The notes under the pieces were generated by a model. The model was not told the DNA's origin. It ran no database searches and saw only the letters and a list, made by a program, of their open reading frames with translations. A stretch of 64,000 nt of DNA, taken from Podarcis melisellensis (taxonomy: Eukaryota). Below, piece by piece: positions 25,540 to 37,869 of this stretch. Each line of letters opens with the position of its first letter. Within the stretch, counting starts at the first letter, position 1. A program made the translations under genes and the position numbers. The stretch is taken from NCBI GenBank assembly GCA_964234715.1, contig OZ174280.1; one strand, 5' to 3'.

Positions 25540-25979
25540 TGATGGTTTTCCCAGTAGTGATGTATGGAAATGAGAGCTGGACCATAAAGAAGGCTGATCG
25601 TCAAAGAATTGATGCTTTTGAATTATGGTGCTGGAGGAGACTCTTGAGAGTCCCATGGACTGCAAGAAGATCAAACCTATCAATTCTTAATGAAATCAGC
25701 CCTGAGTGCTCACTGGAAGGACAGATCGTGAAGCTGAGGCTCCAATACTTTGGCCACCTCATGAGAAGAGAAGACTCCCTGGAAAAGACCCTGATGTTGG
25801 GAAAGATTGAGGGCACAAGGAGAAGGGGACGACAGAGGACGAGATGGTTGGACAGTGTTCTCGAAGCTACAAACATGAGTCTGATCAAACTGCGGGAGGC
25901 AGTGGAAGACAGAAGTGCCTGGCGTGCTCTAGTCCATGGGGTCACGAAGAGTCAGACACGACTAAATGTGTCTAACAAC
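25540..25979 (+). mobile_element. BovB (RTE) LINE 3' fragment
   Basis: Peptide MVFPVVMYG.ESWTIKKA...IDAFELWCWRRLLRVPWTARRSN, (aac)n tail, 11-bp TSD aatatgtgaga. Confidence 0.92.
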
Positions 25980-26109
25980 AATATGTGAGACCTGAGAGAA
26001 GGGTGTATTGCAGAATATATAAAACCTTGATGTAAAATTCAACATTTTAACTTTCTAGGATCATAGACAACCTTTTAACACTTTCCTGATAATTAGGAAG
26101 TGTATTGGT

Positions 26110-26710
26110 TTGTACATGTCCACAGAATGGAAGATGGCAAGATCCTCAAGAACGTGCTCTACGGGGAGCTAGCTTCAAGCACCAGGCCTGTTGACAGGCC
26201 AGCTCTGTGTTACAAAGCTGTCTGCAACCGTGACATGAAGGCTAGCAATATCAACCTCGCTGTGTAGGAGTTCCTTGCATCCAACCACAGTGCCTGGAGA
26301 CAGGCAGTCAGGTCATGTATCCATAGTAGTTGCCAGAGGAAAAATGACCACTGGGAGGAGTGCAGAGAGCAGAATTGCCATGGTGCACCTGCAGCAGCAC
26401 AACTGGACACCTTTATCCCACTGCTGCAAGTTATTTAATGTGGGCCTGGATAGCTCAGTTGGTTAGAGCATGGTACCGAAAACACCAAGGTTGCAGGTTC
26501 AATCTCCATATGGGACAGCTGCATATTCCTGCATTGCAGTGGGTTGAATTAGATGATCCTTAGGTTCCCTTCCAACGCTACAATTCTATGATCTGCCCCA
26601 GCTGCAGCAAAACATGTATCTCCCATATTGGTCTCTACAGCCACAGCAGGTGCTGTAACTCTCCAAATGTTTGACTTTACTCACAAAGACAGATGGGTGC
26701 CAACAGAACA
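26110..26710 (+). mobile_element. Old RTE-type LINE 3' fragment, interrupted by a SINE
   Basis: RMEDG.ILK..LYGEL..G.RP remnant; homologous to 37130-37620. Confidence 0.65.
26442..26592 (+). mobile_element. tRNA-derived SINE with CR1-like tail (Squam3-like)
   Basis: A box tagctcagttgg, B box ggttcaatc, tail cccttccaac...attctatga. Confidence 0.75.
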
Positions 26711-27191
26711 ATCTATTCAACATGAAGGCTGCAATCTTATCACACTTACGTAGTAGTAAATTTAACAGAACTCAATGGCCCTTACTTCTGAGTAAGCATA
26801 TGTAAGATTCCACTGCAAGGTATTAACTATGTTTCCTACATATTAATGATTGAAAAATGAATTTATGGAACATTACATTAAAGCACTAGATGGTTTTCTC
26901 AAACAATTATTAGTGGAAACAGTCAAACATTTTACAGCAAGTGATTTGTGGGTTGCTTCTAGTGATTTGTATGTTGCTTCTTTGATTACTAGGAACATAA
27001 ACTTTAGGAGGAACAGAAACCAGAAAGAGTCATGGGAAATTTCTGCTTATTATAGTTCAAAAAGGCATTGCCTTCTATTGTGGCTCAGGTTAAAAGCCCT
27101 CATATTAGAAACACAGTCAGAAGCAGCCTGAAAGAGAAGTCTGTTTGCGGGTGAGGAGTCTCATATGAAAGAGCTTCAAAGTGATACTTGC

Positions 27192-27374
27192 CCTGTTCAC
27201 AGTGAGGTAGTGGAGGGTCCCATGTGCCATCCACTTGGCAATGGATCTCTCTCGAGCCAGCTATTTTGTGGCCAGCATTGCAGTCTAATGTCACCCTTTG
27301 GTTATATGTGTAGGTGGCGGAATAACCAGTTACTATTCTTCCATTTTCAATTTGAGGAGCTGGACAGTGAGCCA
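27192..27374 (-). CDS. CCP4 exon (VAHCPAPQIENG...PHCEQ), GC donor
   Basis: 183 nt; donor G|gcaagt. Confidence 0.85.
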
Positions 27375-27650
27375 CTGAAAAGAAGATGTGTTTAATAAAC
27401 ATACAGCTACAAAGGACAAAGTAAAAGCATAGACCCTCACTCAGTGCATCTGTGCCTTTATCTGCTGCATCATGGACAGGTGGGTTGGTTTTGAAAATTT
27501 AGAAGTATTGATACCTAATAGTTATTCTGTTAGAGCTATTAGAAGAAAATGCTTGCCACATTACCAAATCATCATGTTTACGAATTACCACAAATTGGAC
27601 CTTTCCATATAAACAATAGAAGAACAAAGAGTAACACTGGAAAACCACAC

Positions 27651-27842
27651 CTCCACAATATGCACGGCCACTCCAAATTCCATTTAATCCATCCTTAGTA
27701 GTACAGTAAATAGTGGCATTTCCCACAAGGGGGTGGCCTTTTTCACAGGTGTATGTTACAGCTGTCCCATAGGAGAAGTCATTCAAGAACCTGCCACTGT
27801 GCTTGCCATGGGGAACATCTGGTGGTGGAAAGCATGGAATAC
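27651..27842 (-). CDS. CCP3 exon (IPCFPPPDVPHG...WSGRAYCG)
   Basis: 192 nt, sushi consensus, lies in ORF 27499..27867. Confidence 0.9.
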
Positions 27843-29118
27843 CTAGAAACATAAGCAGAAGATACATGCCAAAGACAAATATTTTAGTGGGTTTTTAAAA
27901 ATATTTATTGTGTCTTAGTTCATTTTGCATCTAAACATCTCCCTACCTAAGGATACACTAGTGCTTTCATTTAATTTGAGGAAATGCAGTGCTGTTCAGT
28001 TATTATCTTTGTAAGTTAGAAATCTGAAAGTTTTTTAATGCCCTACAGCAATTGTATTTTTGAACACTTATTTTTGTATTTGTGAATTGTTATATTGAAT
28101 TTCTTTTGTAAGAATGTCCGATGGTTTTGTAAGTGTAAGAATAATAATAAAAATGTGAACCATGCGTTTTGATTGATAATATTGTGAAAATTAAGTCTGC
28201 TAGTGCCTACTAGCCACAAAGACAAGAAATAACAAGAAGAGACAATAAGACAGAGGGTGGCACATTGGGAATTATTTTCTGGATACTAGATACTAAGCAG
28301 GAATAGAAGGCTTGTGTGACACTGCAGAAATAGTACATCAGACCTGACAGTTACATCTGGCAATCATTAATTTCATCTTTTGTTTGAAAATTATATTAAT
28401 TTCATGTACGTAAGGCAGCCTACTTCTTCCTGTCACATCTTTGCAAAGTTCTTTCATTCACAGTATTTTAACCTTTCCCCTATAATGAAAATCTAAAAAG
28501 TACATTTACAGAAATTTATCTGTATTATATTTGCATAACTGTACTCGTGTCAGTCTAATTTACTTCATGGGACCTCTTCTATAGAAGTTAGTGGTAGTGA
28601 ATCAGGACCCATTTTTTTAGTTAATTATTATATAACAAAGAAACATTTATCTGGACAGCATCCATGTGACAAGAGATGGGCAAAATTGCAGGTAAGTAAC
28701 AATTGTTACAGGCACAGGAGCAAATTCAGGGCTGAGGACCCTTTGCCCACCCCCATAAAATATTTGAGGGGGCTGCTCGTCCCCCAAAGTTGATGAGAAT
28801 TGCCATTCAAATGGTGTGTGTGGGCCGCACCATGTGAACAATTATGCAAGGTGGGGCTTACTTGTGTCCCCCCCCCATTTTATTCAAGTTGGCAGCCCTG
28901 GTTACAGGTAAGTCCCTTCCTCACATCAGTAGGTTTGCAAAATAACTTGAAGATACAGGAGTCTGCTTCACTTTTTCTTATACTGAATGTGACCAATATT
29001 GAACCATTGTCTATTCCTATGTTTATTTGCTTATTTCAGCAGAGTCTCAGAGGTTATCCCAAAGAGTGAGTTATACCAGGCTTTGTAAAACAAAGCTTCC
29101 ATGCCATAATTTCTTTTA

Positions 29119-29468
29119 GGTAAAGGTAAAGGGACCCCTGACCGTTGTTAGGTCCAGTCGCGGACAACTCTGGGGTTGCGGCACTCATCTCGCTTTATTG
29201 GCTGAGGGAGCTGGTGTAAAGCTTCTAGGTCATGTGGCCAGCATGACTAAGCCACTTCTGGCGAACCAGAGCAGCGCACGGAAACGCCATTTACCTTCCC
29301 ACCAGAGCGGTACCTATTTGTCTACTTGCACTTTGATGTGCTTTCAATATGCTAGGTTGGCAGGAAAAGGGACCGAGCAATGGGAGCTCACCCTGTCACA
29401 GGGATTCGAACCACCGACTTTCCGATCGGCAAGCCCTAGGCTCAGTAGTTTAGACCACAGCGCCACCA
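29119..29468 (-). mobile_element. Sauria SINE
   Basis: ggtaaaggtaaagggacccctg start and conserved body. Confidence 0.85.
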
Positions 29469-29533
29469 GTGTTGTATTTTCAGTTGCTGTAACCTGCCTT
29501 GGAACCTTAAGGTGCAGTACAGGTAATAAAGTA

Positions 29534-29769
29534 CAGTCATACCTCGGGTTATGGCCGCTTCAGGTTGCATTTTTTCGGGTTGCAGACCGCCAAATCCCAG
29601 AAGTACTGGAACGGGTTACTTCTGAGTTTTGGCAGTCGCGCATGTGCAGAAGCACTAAATCGTGCTTTGTGCATGCGCAGAAGCACCATATCACAACCTG
29701 TGCATGCGCAGACACGGGTTGCGAATGTGCATTCCGCAAGGATAACGTTTGCAACCCGAGCGTCCACTG
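29534..29769. mobile_element. Tc1/mariner(pogo)-type MITE
   Basis: cagt...ctcgggtt / aacccgag...actg ends, TA TSD. Confidence 0.75.
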
Positions 29770-29938
29770 TAACAACAAGAACAACATTTTGACACTGATT
29801 TACCTCTAATACTGCTAGACGAGAGCATGCAAATGTATTAACCCTTTACCATCCATATTAAATTGATTTTGAGGTGTTCCTGGTGCCATATAAGAATACT
29901 ATTTACAAACATAGCAGTAAAAAATATGTTTTACTTAC

Positions 29939-30027
29939 GTTGACAAAGAGGAATATCATTAGTCCACCCTACTTTCCGGCCAAATACGACACACTTTCTG
30001 CTGGAAGTACTACCAATTAACCTGTGC
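29939..30027 (-). CDS. CCP2b half-exon (HRLIGSTSSRKC...WTNDIPLCQ)
   Basis: 89 nt, phase 2-1, gtaagt donor. Confidence 0.9.
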
Positions 30028-30439
30028 CTGTATCAAGAAAAAAGTAGCTGTGGGTTGTCTTGTTCTGCCTCGTGAGATGCATAGAACTGATGTGCTTATA
30101 ATGTGAACGTTCTTCTTACTGACTTTCCACAAACAAATGAAATGCTTTTTGAAAGACAGGGAAGCACATTTCTTGTCAGCCAGGATTGTGCAGCTATCTC
30201 AACATATCTTACAATATTCATTTAATTAATATGTTCACCCCTCTTTCAATTGTTCTTGGTGTCGAGTGTCCCAGTTAACTAATATCCATTGAGCAAGCAA
30301 TCCAGGACACTTCCTGGGGCAATATGGATTTATAACGCAACTTACCTAATTTATTTTACTTGTATGTTAAGAAATATGATACATTGTCCACTGAAAGGAA
30401 TGAGTGAAAATGGTTACATGCCAACACTGATAAAAGCTA

Positions 30440-31145
30440 GTGGGACTGGGCCAGGGAGGTGATCAATGCCTGGTAACAAGAGGGGGTGGTTCCTGCCTGG
30501 AGGAGGCAGTGGTAAAACCACTCATTAAGAAACCCTCCCTGGACTCAGGAATCTTTGACTACCGGCCAGTTGCTAATCTCCCCTTCATGAGTAAGGTTCT
30601 GGTGGTTGTGGACCAGACCCAGGTGCTCTTGGAGGAAACTGATTTTCTAGATCCATTTCAGTTGGGGTTTCGGCCTAGTTTTGGCACAGAAACTGTTTTG
30701 GTTGCCCTGCATGATGACCTCTGTTGGGAGAGAGACAGGGGAAATGTTTCCCTGTTAATTCTCCTCGACCTCTCAGCAGCTTTTGATACCATTGACCATA
30801 GATTCCTTCTGGAGCAGTTGTCTGAGTTGGGGATAGGTGGCACTGCTTTGTGGCGGTCCTGGACATTGCATCCATCATCTGAGGCCCTCTTTCGTGTACC
30901 TCCTTCACGTGAAGATGGCAACAGGAGAATGGGCCTTTTCTGTGGTGGCTCCCCATTTGTGGAATGCTCTCCCTAGGGAGATTCACCTGGCACCTTCATT
31001 ATATAGGTGTCAGGTGAAAACGTTCCTCTTCAACAAGGCCTTTGGCTGATAAGGAGGGCTATTGTTTTGGCTTAATGATTTTATCTTGTATTTTATTCTG
31101 TGAATCACCCTGACATCTTTTGATGAAGGGCGGTATGAAAAATTA
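30440..31145 (+). mobile_element. L2/CR1-clade LINE RT fragment and 3' end
   Basis: YRPVANLPFMSKVL...LDPFQ.GFR...TET...LLILLDLSAAFDTIDH. Confidence 0.85.
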
Positions 31146-31767
31146 ATAAGTAATTTTTTGCACATGGAAGCATGTGCAAAGACTTCTGCTTGTACAATGC
31201 GACTTTCTCTCCCTTCCTGTGTGTCTCCTGAAATTGCCCCCAGAACAGTGGGGGAGGAGCATGGGGGGGGGGACTGATCTGCCTGGCAAACTGAAATGCT
31301 TCACAGTAGGAACGTTCCTCATAGGGTGGCATTGAATTCCACCCTGTGTGCTCAGATCCTTAAAAACAAAAATATTGCCACACCCAGTACATAAGAGCTC
31401 TGCTGGACCAAACCAAAGAGCCATCATTCACCTATTACAGTGGCCAACCATATGCCTAAGTAGTACATGAATGCAAGGCACTTCATTCCTTTCTGAACAA
31501 ACAGGCCTAGGGTTAAGTGTAGAAAATCGTTAGTCTCTAGGGTTACAAGCTCTCTCCTTTTCTATGTGTTCGGTGCCTTTAAAAACTGCATAGTGAACCA
31601 ACAGAAATAAGTCAAATGAGATTTTCCTGATGGGAGAGAAAAGTGAGAGGAAAAGCTTTACCAGATTCTTTCTGCTTATGCAACTAGGGGAGATAGAGCA
31701 GCCCTAGTGGGAAGTCAGGCCAGAGGCAGCAGAGGAATTCTCCCTTCTTGGCTTTTCTGATGCTTAC

Positions 31768-31867
31768 CCTTCATTGCAGGTGTAATTTACAGTGGAACCG
31801 AATAAAATATCTTGGGGCACAATCAACTTCCCATTATCTGGTTCCCCTGGATTTCCACAAGATTGTC
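31768..31867 (-). CDS. CCP2a half-exon ([13 protein letters not shown]...YTCNEG)
   Basis: 100 nt, phase 1-2, RCA split-CCP hallmark. Confidence 0.9.
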
Positions 31868-32069
31868 CTAGCAGGAAGAAAGAGACAAAGTGTGCCTTAA
31901 AGTACAATGCTGATCTAAAGTTTCCATCTGCTTTTCGTTTTAAATTATTAAATTATCAAGGGCAGAACTGCACACCTCAATACATCTCTTGTATTCAAAC
32001 CATTGAAATGATTCAGATTGGTACACAGCATATTCTCACAAGTATTTCAAAGAATGTTATGACACTCAC

Positions 32070-32252
32070 GTTTACAGAGCTCCAGAACTTTGGACCACTC
32101 CTGGCTTTGAAGGCACTTAATAGAGTACCTCAGTCCGGTATAGCCTGGACGGCACATATATTTCACAATCGAGCCAACAGGAAATAAATTCTTTTGCTTA
32201 TACTCGTCGGTTAGCTCAGCAAAGTTTAACCTAGGTGGAGGGCCACAGCCAC
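32070..32252 (-). CDS. CCP1 exon (GGCGPPPRLNFAEL...WSKVLELCK)
   Basis: ag/gt boundaries, 183 nt, CCP1-type 'YMCRPGY'. Confidence 0.9.
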
Positions 32253-33431
32253 CTAATGATAAAAAAAGATGGGGAAATCAAGGAAATGTGAAGCTCTGCC
32301 CAGTGCAATTTTGTGTTTTGAACCACCATATCATTTCCTCCACCTCTAACATGGAAATGACCATTCCTTATCATCAAAAGTAACCACTGGGGCAGTAGCT
32401 GTACAGAACTGGTGGGAGCCTGATTCCTTGTGGGATATGCCACAAGTTAAATGTATCAGAATGTTAATGCATTAGGCTTTCTGTATTTATCTTCTAGCTG
32501 TTCTGGAATAATTAATTGCCATGGGCCTTTTTCAGGTGGCAGTTGCCCCAGGCCTCACACATGGTGGGACCATGTCAGCATTGGTATTGCTGTGGTGCTG
32601 ACAACTTTTAGAAACGACAGACAGCAAGGGAACTGCCATCTCCACTCACTGCCTCTCTCACCATTTGGGCTGGACTCCCCCTCCCCCCACCAGAGGCCAC
32701 TGGTGAGGAACTGTGAGGGAGAGCAATAGGATAACCTCTGGCATTGATGTTATCAACAGGATACCTGTGGGCCTACCTAACATGATGGGAAAGACAACAA
32801 CCCAGCAAATTACAACTAGGCAAAGACAAAGGCCTTACACCCTGAAAAGTCAACAACTTTGCACTGCATTCCAGTCTCTTCTGGGCAGGTTGGGCCACCA
32901 GGCTATTTTTCAGGCCTGTTTTACCTGTAGGCAGCTCATTTCCAGGAAACTCAAAGGAGAGGAGATAGGGAATTACTCTAATTGGATGCTGCCAGCAAAG
33001 ATCAAAGAGAGACCAATTAGGACTCTTCCTCCTCTTCTCTCTGGGGATAGTTCTAGCTGGAAAAAGCCTGTAGAGAGAAAAGATCTAAACGGATTGCTGC
33101 TAGTATGTAGAGAGACTAGGAGACAACAAATTAGCATCAATGTCTACACCATCACCAAGGAAGAAATGTATGTAATGTGGCTGGGGGAAAGGACAATAGA
33201 GGATTCAGGCCTGTGCCTAGCAGAGGAAGAAAGAAGTAGAGCAGTCAGGGCCTGGGACATATTGGCATAAATATGTACATGTGTGTGCACTTTAATTTTA
33301 TTTAGAGATGATCTGAGGAAATTAATTGGATGTTCTACTTAAGATGGGACATGGGAGCAACAATTGAAGTGAATTCTGTGTGTGTGTGTGTGTGTACGTG
33401 CGTATGAATTTTAGAAACGAAATCTTCATAC

Positions 33432-33569
33432 NNNNNNNNNNNNNNNNNNNNNNNNNNNNNNNNNNNNNNNNNNNNNNNNNNNNNNNNNNNNNNNNNNNNN
33501 NNNNNNNNNNNNNNNNNNNNNNNNNNNNNNNNNNNNNNNNNNNNNNNNNNNNNNNNNNNNNNNNNNNNN
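33432..33569. other. Assembly gap (138 N)
   Basis: Run of N. Confidence 1.
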
Positions 33570-34552
33570 AAAATATCATGGTTGCTAAGGGAATGGGGAC
33601 AAATGCTACATTAAGAAAGGCCCCTCAAATGAATTTTCTGCCTCCGGGCTTTTCATAATCACATCAGAAATGGTTACCTTTGTTTCATGCTTCAAAAGTT
33701 TTGGATCCATATGGAGGTTTCAAAGAGCATGTGGCAACAGTTCAGTGGGAGACCAAAATGCCCCATGGACCTAGCATGGGGACTTTCCAAACGATCAAAC
33801 TGATCCACACAATAGATGGTTTCCATAAGTTGCAATTGACAATTAGGGATTATCAAAAACCACACGATTCTGGAAATTTCAACTCCCCTGTGGATGTGCT
33901 GCCAGGCAAATGTAGTTTTTGACAATCACTACATTGGAACTCAGTAAATTCATTTAACCAAATGTTGAAAAGAGTTCTTACTAATCTGTATAGTACCAAA
34001 GATTGTACTAATTATTATTTATATTAATGGACGCATCGCTTGCATCTTCAGCCTTAGTGGCCAATGGCTATCATACTACACACACTTACCTGGGATTAAG
34101 TCTCATTGAATATCGTGGAGCCTGCTTTTGAGTAAAGTAAACTTGCATATGAATCTAAAGTAAGCATTGTGGAAAGTTGGAATGACAGCAAAGAGGCAAA
34201 ATGTTGATCAAAAAGACTGCTAATAGAAAGATCAATAATTATTTCCCCTAATTGTAGATAAAAAAAAAACAGCTACAACAAACTATTCAACAGACTGTTA
34301 TACAAATTTTAAGGTGCATACACAGAACAGGTACACGCTCCACAGAAAACCAATCCTTTGCCCTTCAAAAATTAGGGAAGATTTCCTGAAAAAATAGACA
34401 TTTTATTTGAGTTCACTGAGCAATCTCAAAGCCATCTTTACTCTCTTAATGACCCCAAATATCATTATTTTTTGCTGCAGAAGGAAGCATGTTGGAAACA
34501 CCTTTCCCAATAGATTGCCTGAGTTATTTTCACTTGCAAGTCCTTCAAATCC

Positions 34553-34972
34553 TATAGAGGTTTTCAACCTTTTTGGGTCCACGGCTCCCTTGACCAACTA
34601 CATTCTTTCTGCAGCACCCCTGTGGTGCTCAGGAGCCAAGTTATGTCACCCCTTGCCTGCAGAGCTGGCAGCCCCTTACTGCTTTTTGAACACCCTCCCT
34701 TGTGGAGCGTTCCCTCAGCCTCCTCTCCTCCTCCCAAGAGTCCTCCCGGCAGCCACTGCTGCCACCACTGAGCTGCCCACCCTGCCCCAAAGAGAGGTGC
34801 CTCCTCACACTGCCCCACAGGGGCCTGGGAAGCACCCCCTGCCCAGCCCCAGAGGCACCATTCAGAGGAGGAAGGGAAGGTAAGAGGGACAGAGGCCAGT
34901 GTTGTCCACAGCACCCCTGAACATCATTCAAGGCACCCCAGGGTGCCATGGCACACTGGTTGAAAACCACTG
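34553..34972. mobile_element. hAT-like MITE, diverged
   Basis: ggttttcaacc...ggttgaaaacc inverted ends; TSD unclear. Confidence 0.55.
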
Positions 34973-37129
34973 CTGTAAATAGATAAACATATTTGTATGA
35001 CTGGACCACTGCTCTACAAAACCAGTCTGGCAAGTATCTGTTAAAAACAGAGCAGACCTGTCAAAAGAGCATATACCTACAAATAGGTGAAAATTCCTAT
35101 TGGGGCCAGGAGAGACAAATAGGTATTGTCAGGTACCTTGACCAACAGGAGACAAGTCATACTCTCAAATTTCTATTGTAGACCTTTTTGTGTAAAGCAT
35201 GTATGATGATTTTGGGTGGTCTTTGGCTAAGGGGTTGGGCAATTTCTGTAGTGTCGTTGTTGTTGATGATGATGATAGACTTAAAGGATACTGGGTCTCT
35301 TGATTGGGAGCTGAGCTGCAAAACACCCCATTTTTTTTGGTATAATAACAAGAATTCTCTCCCAGGAAAGATCAGACAGTTCCCTTCCCTGGTCATGTTC
35401 AGGAAGAATTTAAATACATTTTATTGTTCAGGCCTTTGGAAGCTGACAAAAACATTTAGGCATTGTAGATTTTAAAACTGTCTTTAGAAATCTTTTTGTT
35501 ATTGTTGGATATGTTGTTTGTTAGTTGTCCTTGCATCTTTGGGAGGGAGGGAGATAAATAAACTTAACAGATAAATATTGAGACTTTACATCAGACAGCA
35601 TATATATTGTAATTTTATATCAGATAGCACAATAAAGAAATCCACTTATTTCTTAATAATAGTATAATAATGTATAATAATATTTATACATAATCCATTG
35701 ATGAATGAGGAACATCCTAAATAAGATTGCCATATATTAGGTGCATTGTTTTATTAGACAGCTCTCCCGCTCCGCCCACTTTCTAATACAAAAGTTGGTA
35801 ATCAAATGGGACTTTTAAAAATTGTTTATTTACAAGAAGCCACTGAGGAAGTTTAATATTTTGCAGTTTCTTCCTTCAGAAACTTCCTCTTGCTATTTTA
35901 TGTAATGGATTTATAGGAGTATTCAGCTGACTCTCTTCATTCATTCACTGAAGAAGCACAATTGTAAAAAGAAGAATAAAAGAAGCATAATTGTACCAAC
36001 CTGGCCACACCCTAAAATACCAGTGTTACTATAGACTACATGCTGTGGTGGCTGTGTGTTTGGCATTAATGTTAAATGTAAGCACGTACATCTCTTCAAT
36101 GTAACCAGAAACCTTGACTGTCCCAAGTTTCTTGATTGTGCAGAAGAACCCTATGGACAGACACACAGTACCATGCACATACAACCAGAAGGGTCTGACC
36201 ACTGACAGCATTAGATCTGGGATGTGTCAGTAGCAGGCATCATCCCACTCTCCTCATGTACTTGGTGAACATGTGAGGGGGATCATCCAAACATTAGACT
36301 CTCTCACTATTTTTTAAAGCCATAGAATGTCAGCTCTTGCTCTTAAACCTGACTAATCTAACTAGACTAATCTAACTCCCTTTTATATAAACAAAACCCT
36401 TTCCTTCAACCATGAGCCAACTGGTTTTAGCATCCTACTCATATTATTGCAGCTGTTTACATGAAAGTAAACTTTAAATATGTAGTGATTTCATTTCTAA
36501 AAATTGCTTTCACTTGCTGTGTTTCCCTTGTGTGTCCCTCATTTTTGCTTCTAACACTGTGGGCTTGGGTTTGCCTAGAAAGATTTATACCTTGTTCTAA
36601 CCTGAGGTCTTAAGGCACTTAAAATACACTTTTAAAAGGATATAAAGCGGGGGGGGGGGGGGACTCAGTTTCTTTTTCTAGAAAAATAGCACTGATATAT
36701 AGTAATCCATGTCCCCACAATTCTCATAGTTTAAACATACTGTACCATTGCCATCCTCAGACCCCTGGAAAAGTTAGATAAGCCACACTCCTGCCTGATA
36801 TCTGCATAGCCACTACCAGTCAGTGTAAACAATACTGAGCAAGAGGGTCCATTGGTCTGACTATATAGTATAAAGCGTCTTCCTATGCTCCTACAAGCAG
36901 AATTATACCAATCTGGGGTTGAGTTTCCCAGGTTTTACTTTGAGGTCACAATGGACTAGAAAGGCTGGAAGAAGCATAAAGTGAATCAAAAGTTTTCATT
37001 TGAATGAGGCCAAGAGGAGATGCTGGACATGCTAATTAGTAGACCCAAGAAATCTGAGTCTACCTCCCAAACAGACTGAACTTTTGCACTAGGCATAAGC
37101 ATCACATTGCACGACAGAGTCTCAAGATG

Positions 37130-37620
37130 TGCTTTTCCAAGCCCACAGACACAGTATGTTCACACTGCTCTCTCAGCGACATCTATGCTGGCTTAGTCAT
37201 GAACACGGAATGGAAGATGGCAGGAAATCTGAAGGACATGCTCTACAGGGAGCTGACTTCAGGTACCAGGCCTGTTGGCAGACCAGCTCTGCGTTACAAA
37301 TATGACATGAAGGCAGGCAACATCAGCCCCTTGCAGATGACCACAGTGCTGGAGACACAGTCAGGTTGTGCATCCATAGCAGTGACCAGTGGAAGAATGA
37401 CCGCTGGGAGGAGTGCGGAGAGAAGAAATGCCATGGTGTAGCTGCAGCAGCACAACTGGACACCTTCATCTACCCCAGCTGCAATACAACATGTCTCTCC
37501 TGTATCAGCCTCTATAACTACAACAGGCACTGTAGCCTTCCAATGGTTTGACTTCATTCCCAAAGGCACACTCCTCCATTGTCTTCTGAGACAGATGGAT
37601 GCCAACCAACAACAAACAAT
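37130..37620 (+). mobile_element. Old RTE-type LINE 3' fragment
   Basis: LKDMLYRELTSGTRPVGRPALRYK, (caa)n tail. Confidence 0.7.
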
Positions 37621-37869
37621 ATAAAGCAAGGATTAGGAACCACCCTCCCCTCCCCATTAGCTACCCTCTTGAAATCCCCTTTTAACTGCTGATGACCCTT
37701 CCTTAAGGTCCTTTCTCCCAACAGAAGCGGAACAAAAATGTATTGCCAACTCAGGCAGCACCAACTTTTGCCACATTCCCTGGGGAAGGGAGCCTCTCCC
37801 CGCAAAAAAGGATGGGAAAGGAGAAGTACAGAAGCTAGACATAAAGAGTCCCAATTCCCAACTTCTCAC

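Noticed and set aside
25287-25988. 233-aa plus-strand ORF
   Set aside because: Chance fusion of the antisense CCP5 exon with the BovB ORF fragment.
26442-26520. tRNA gene
   Set aside because: The cloverleaf is degenerate and is followed by a SINE body and CR1-like tail.
32451-33270. Plus-strand ORFs of 92 and 185 aa in intron 1
   Set aside because: No recognisable domain or splice context; probably decayed repeat sequence or chance.
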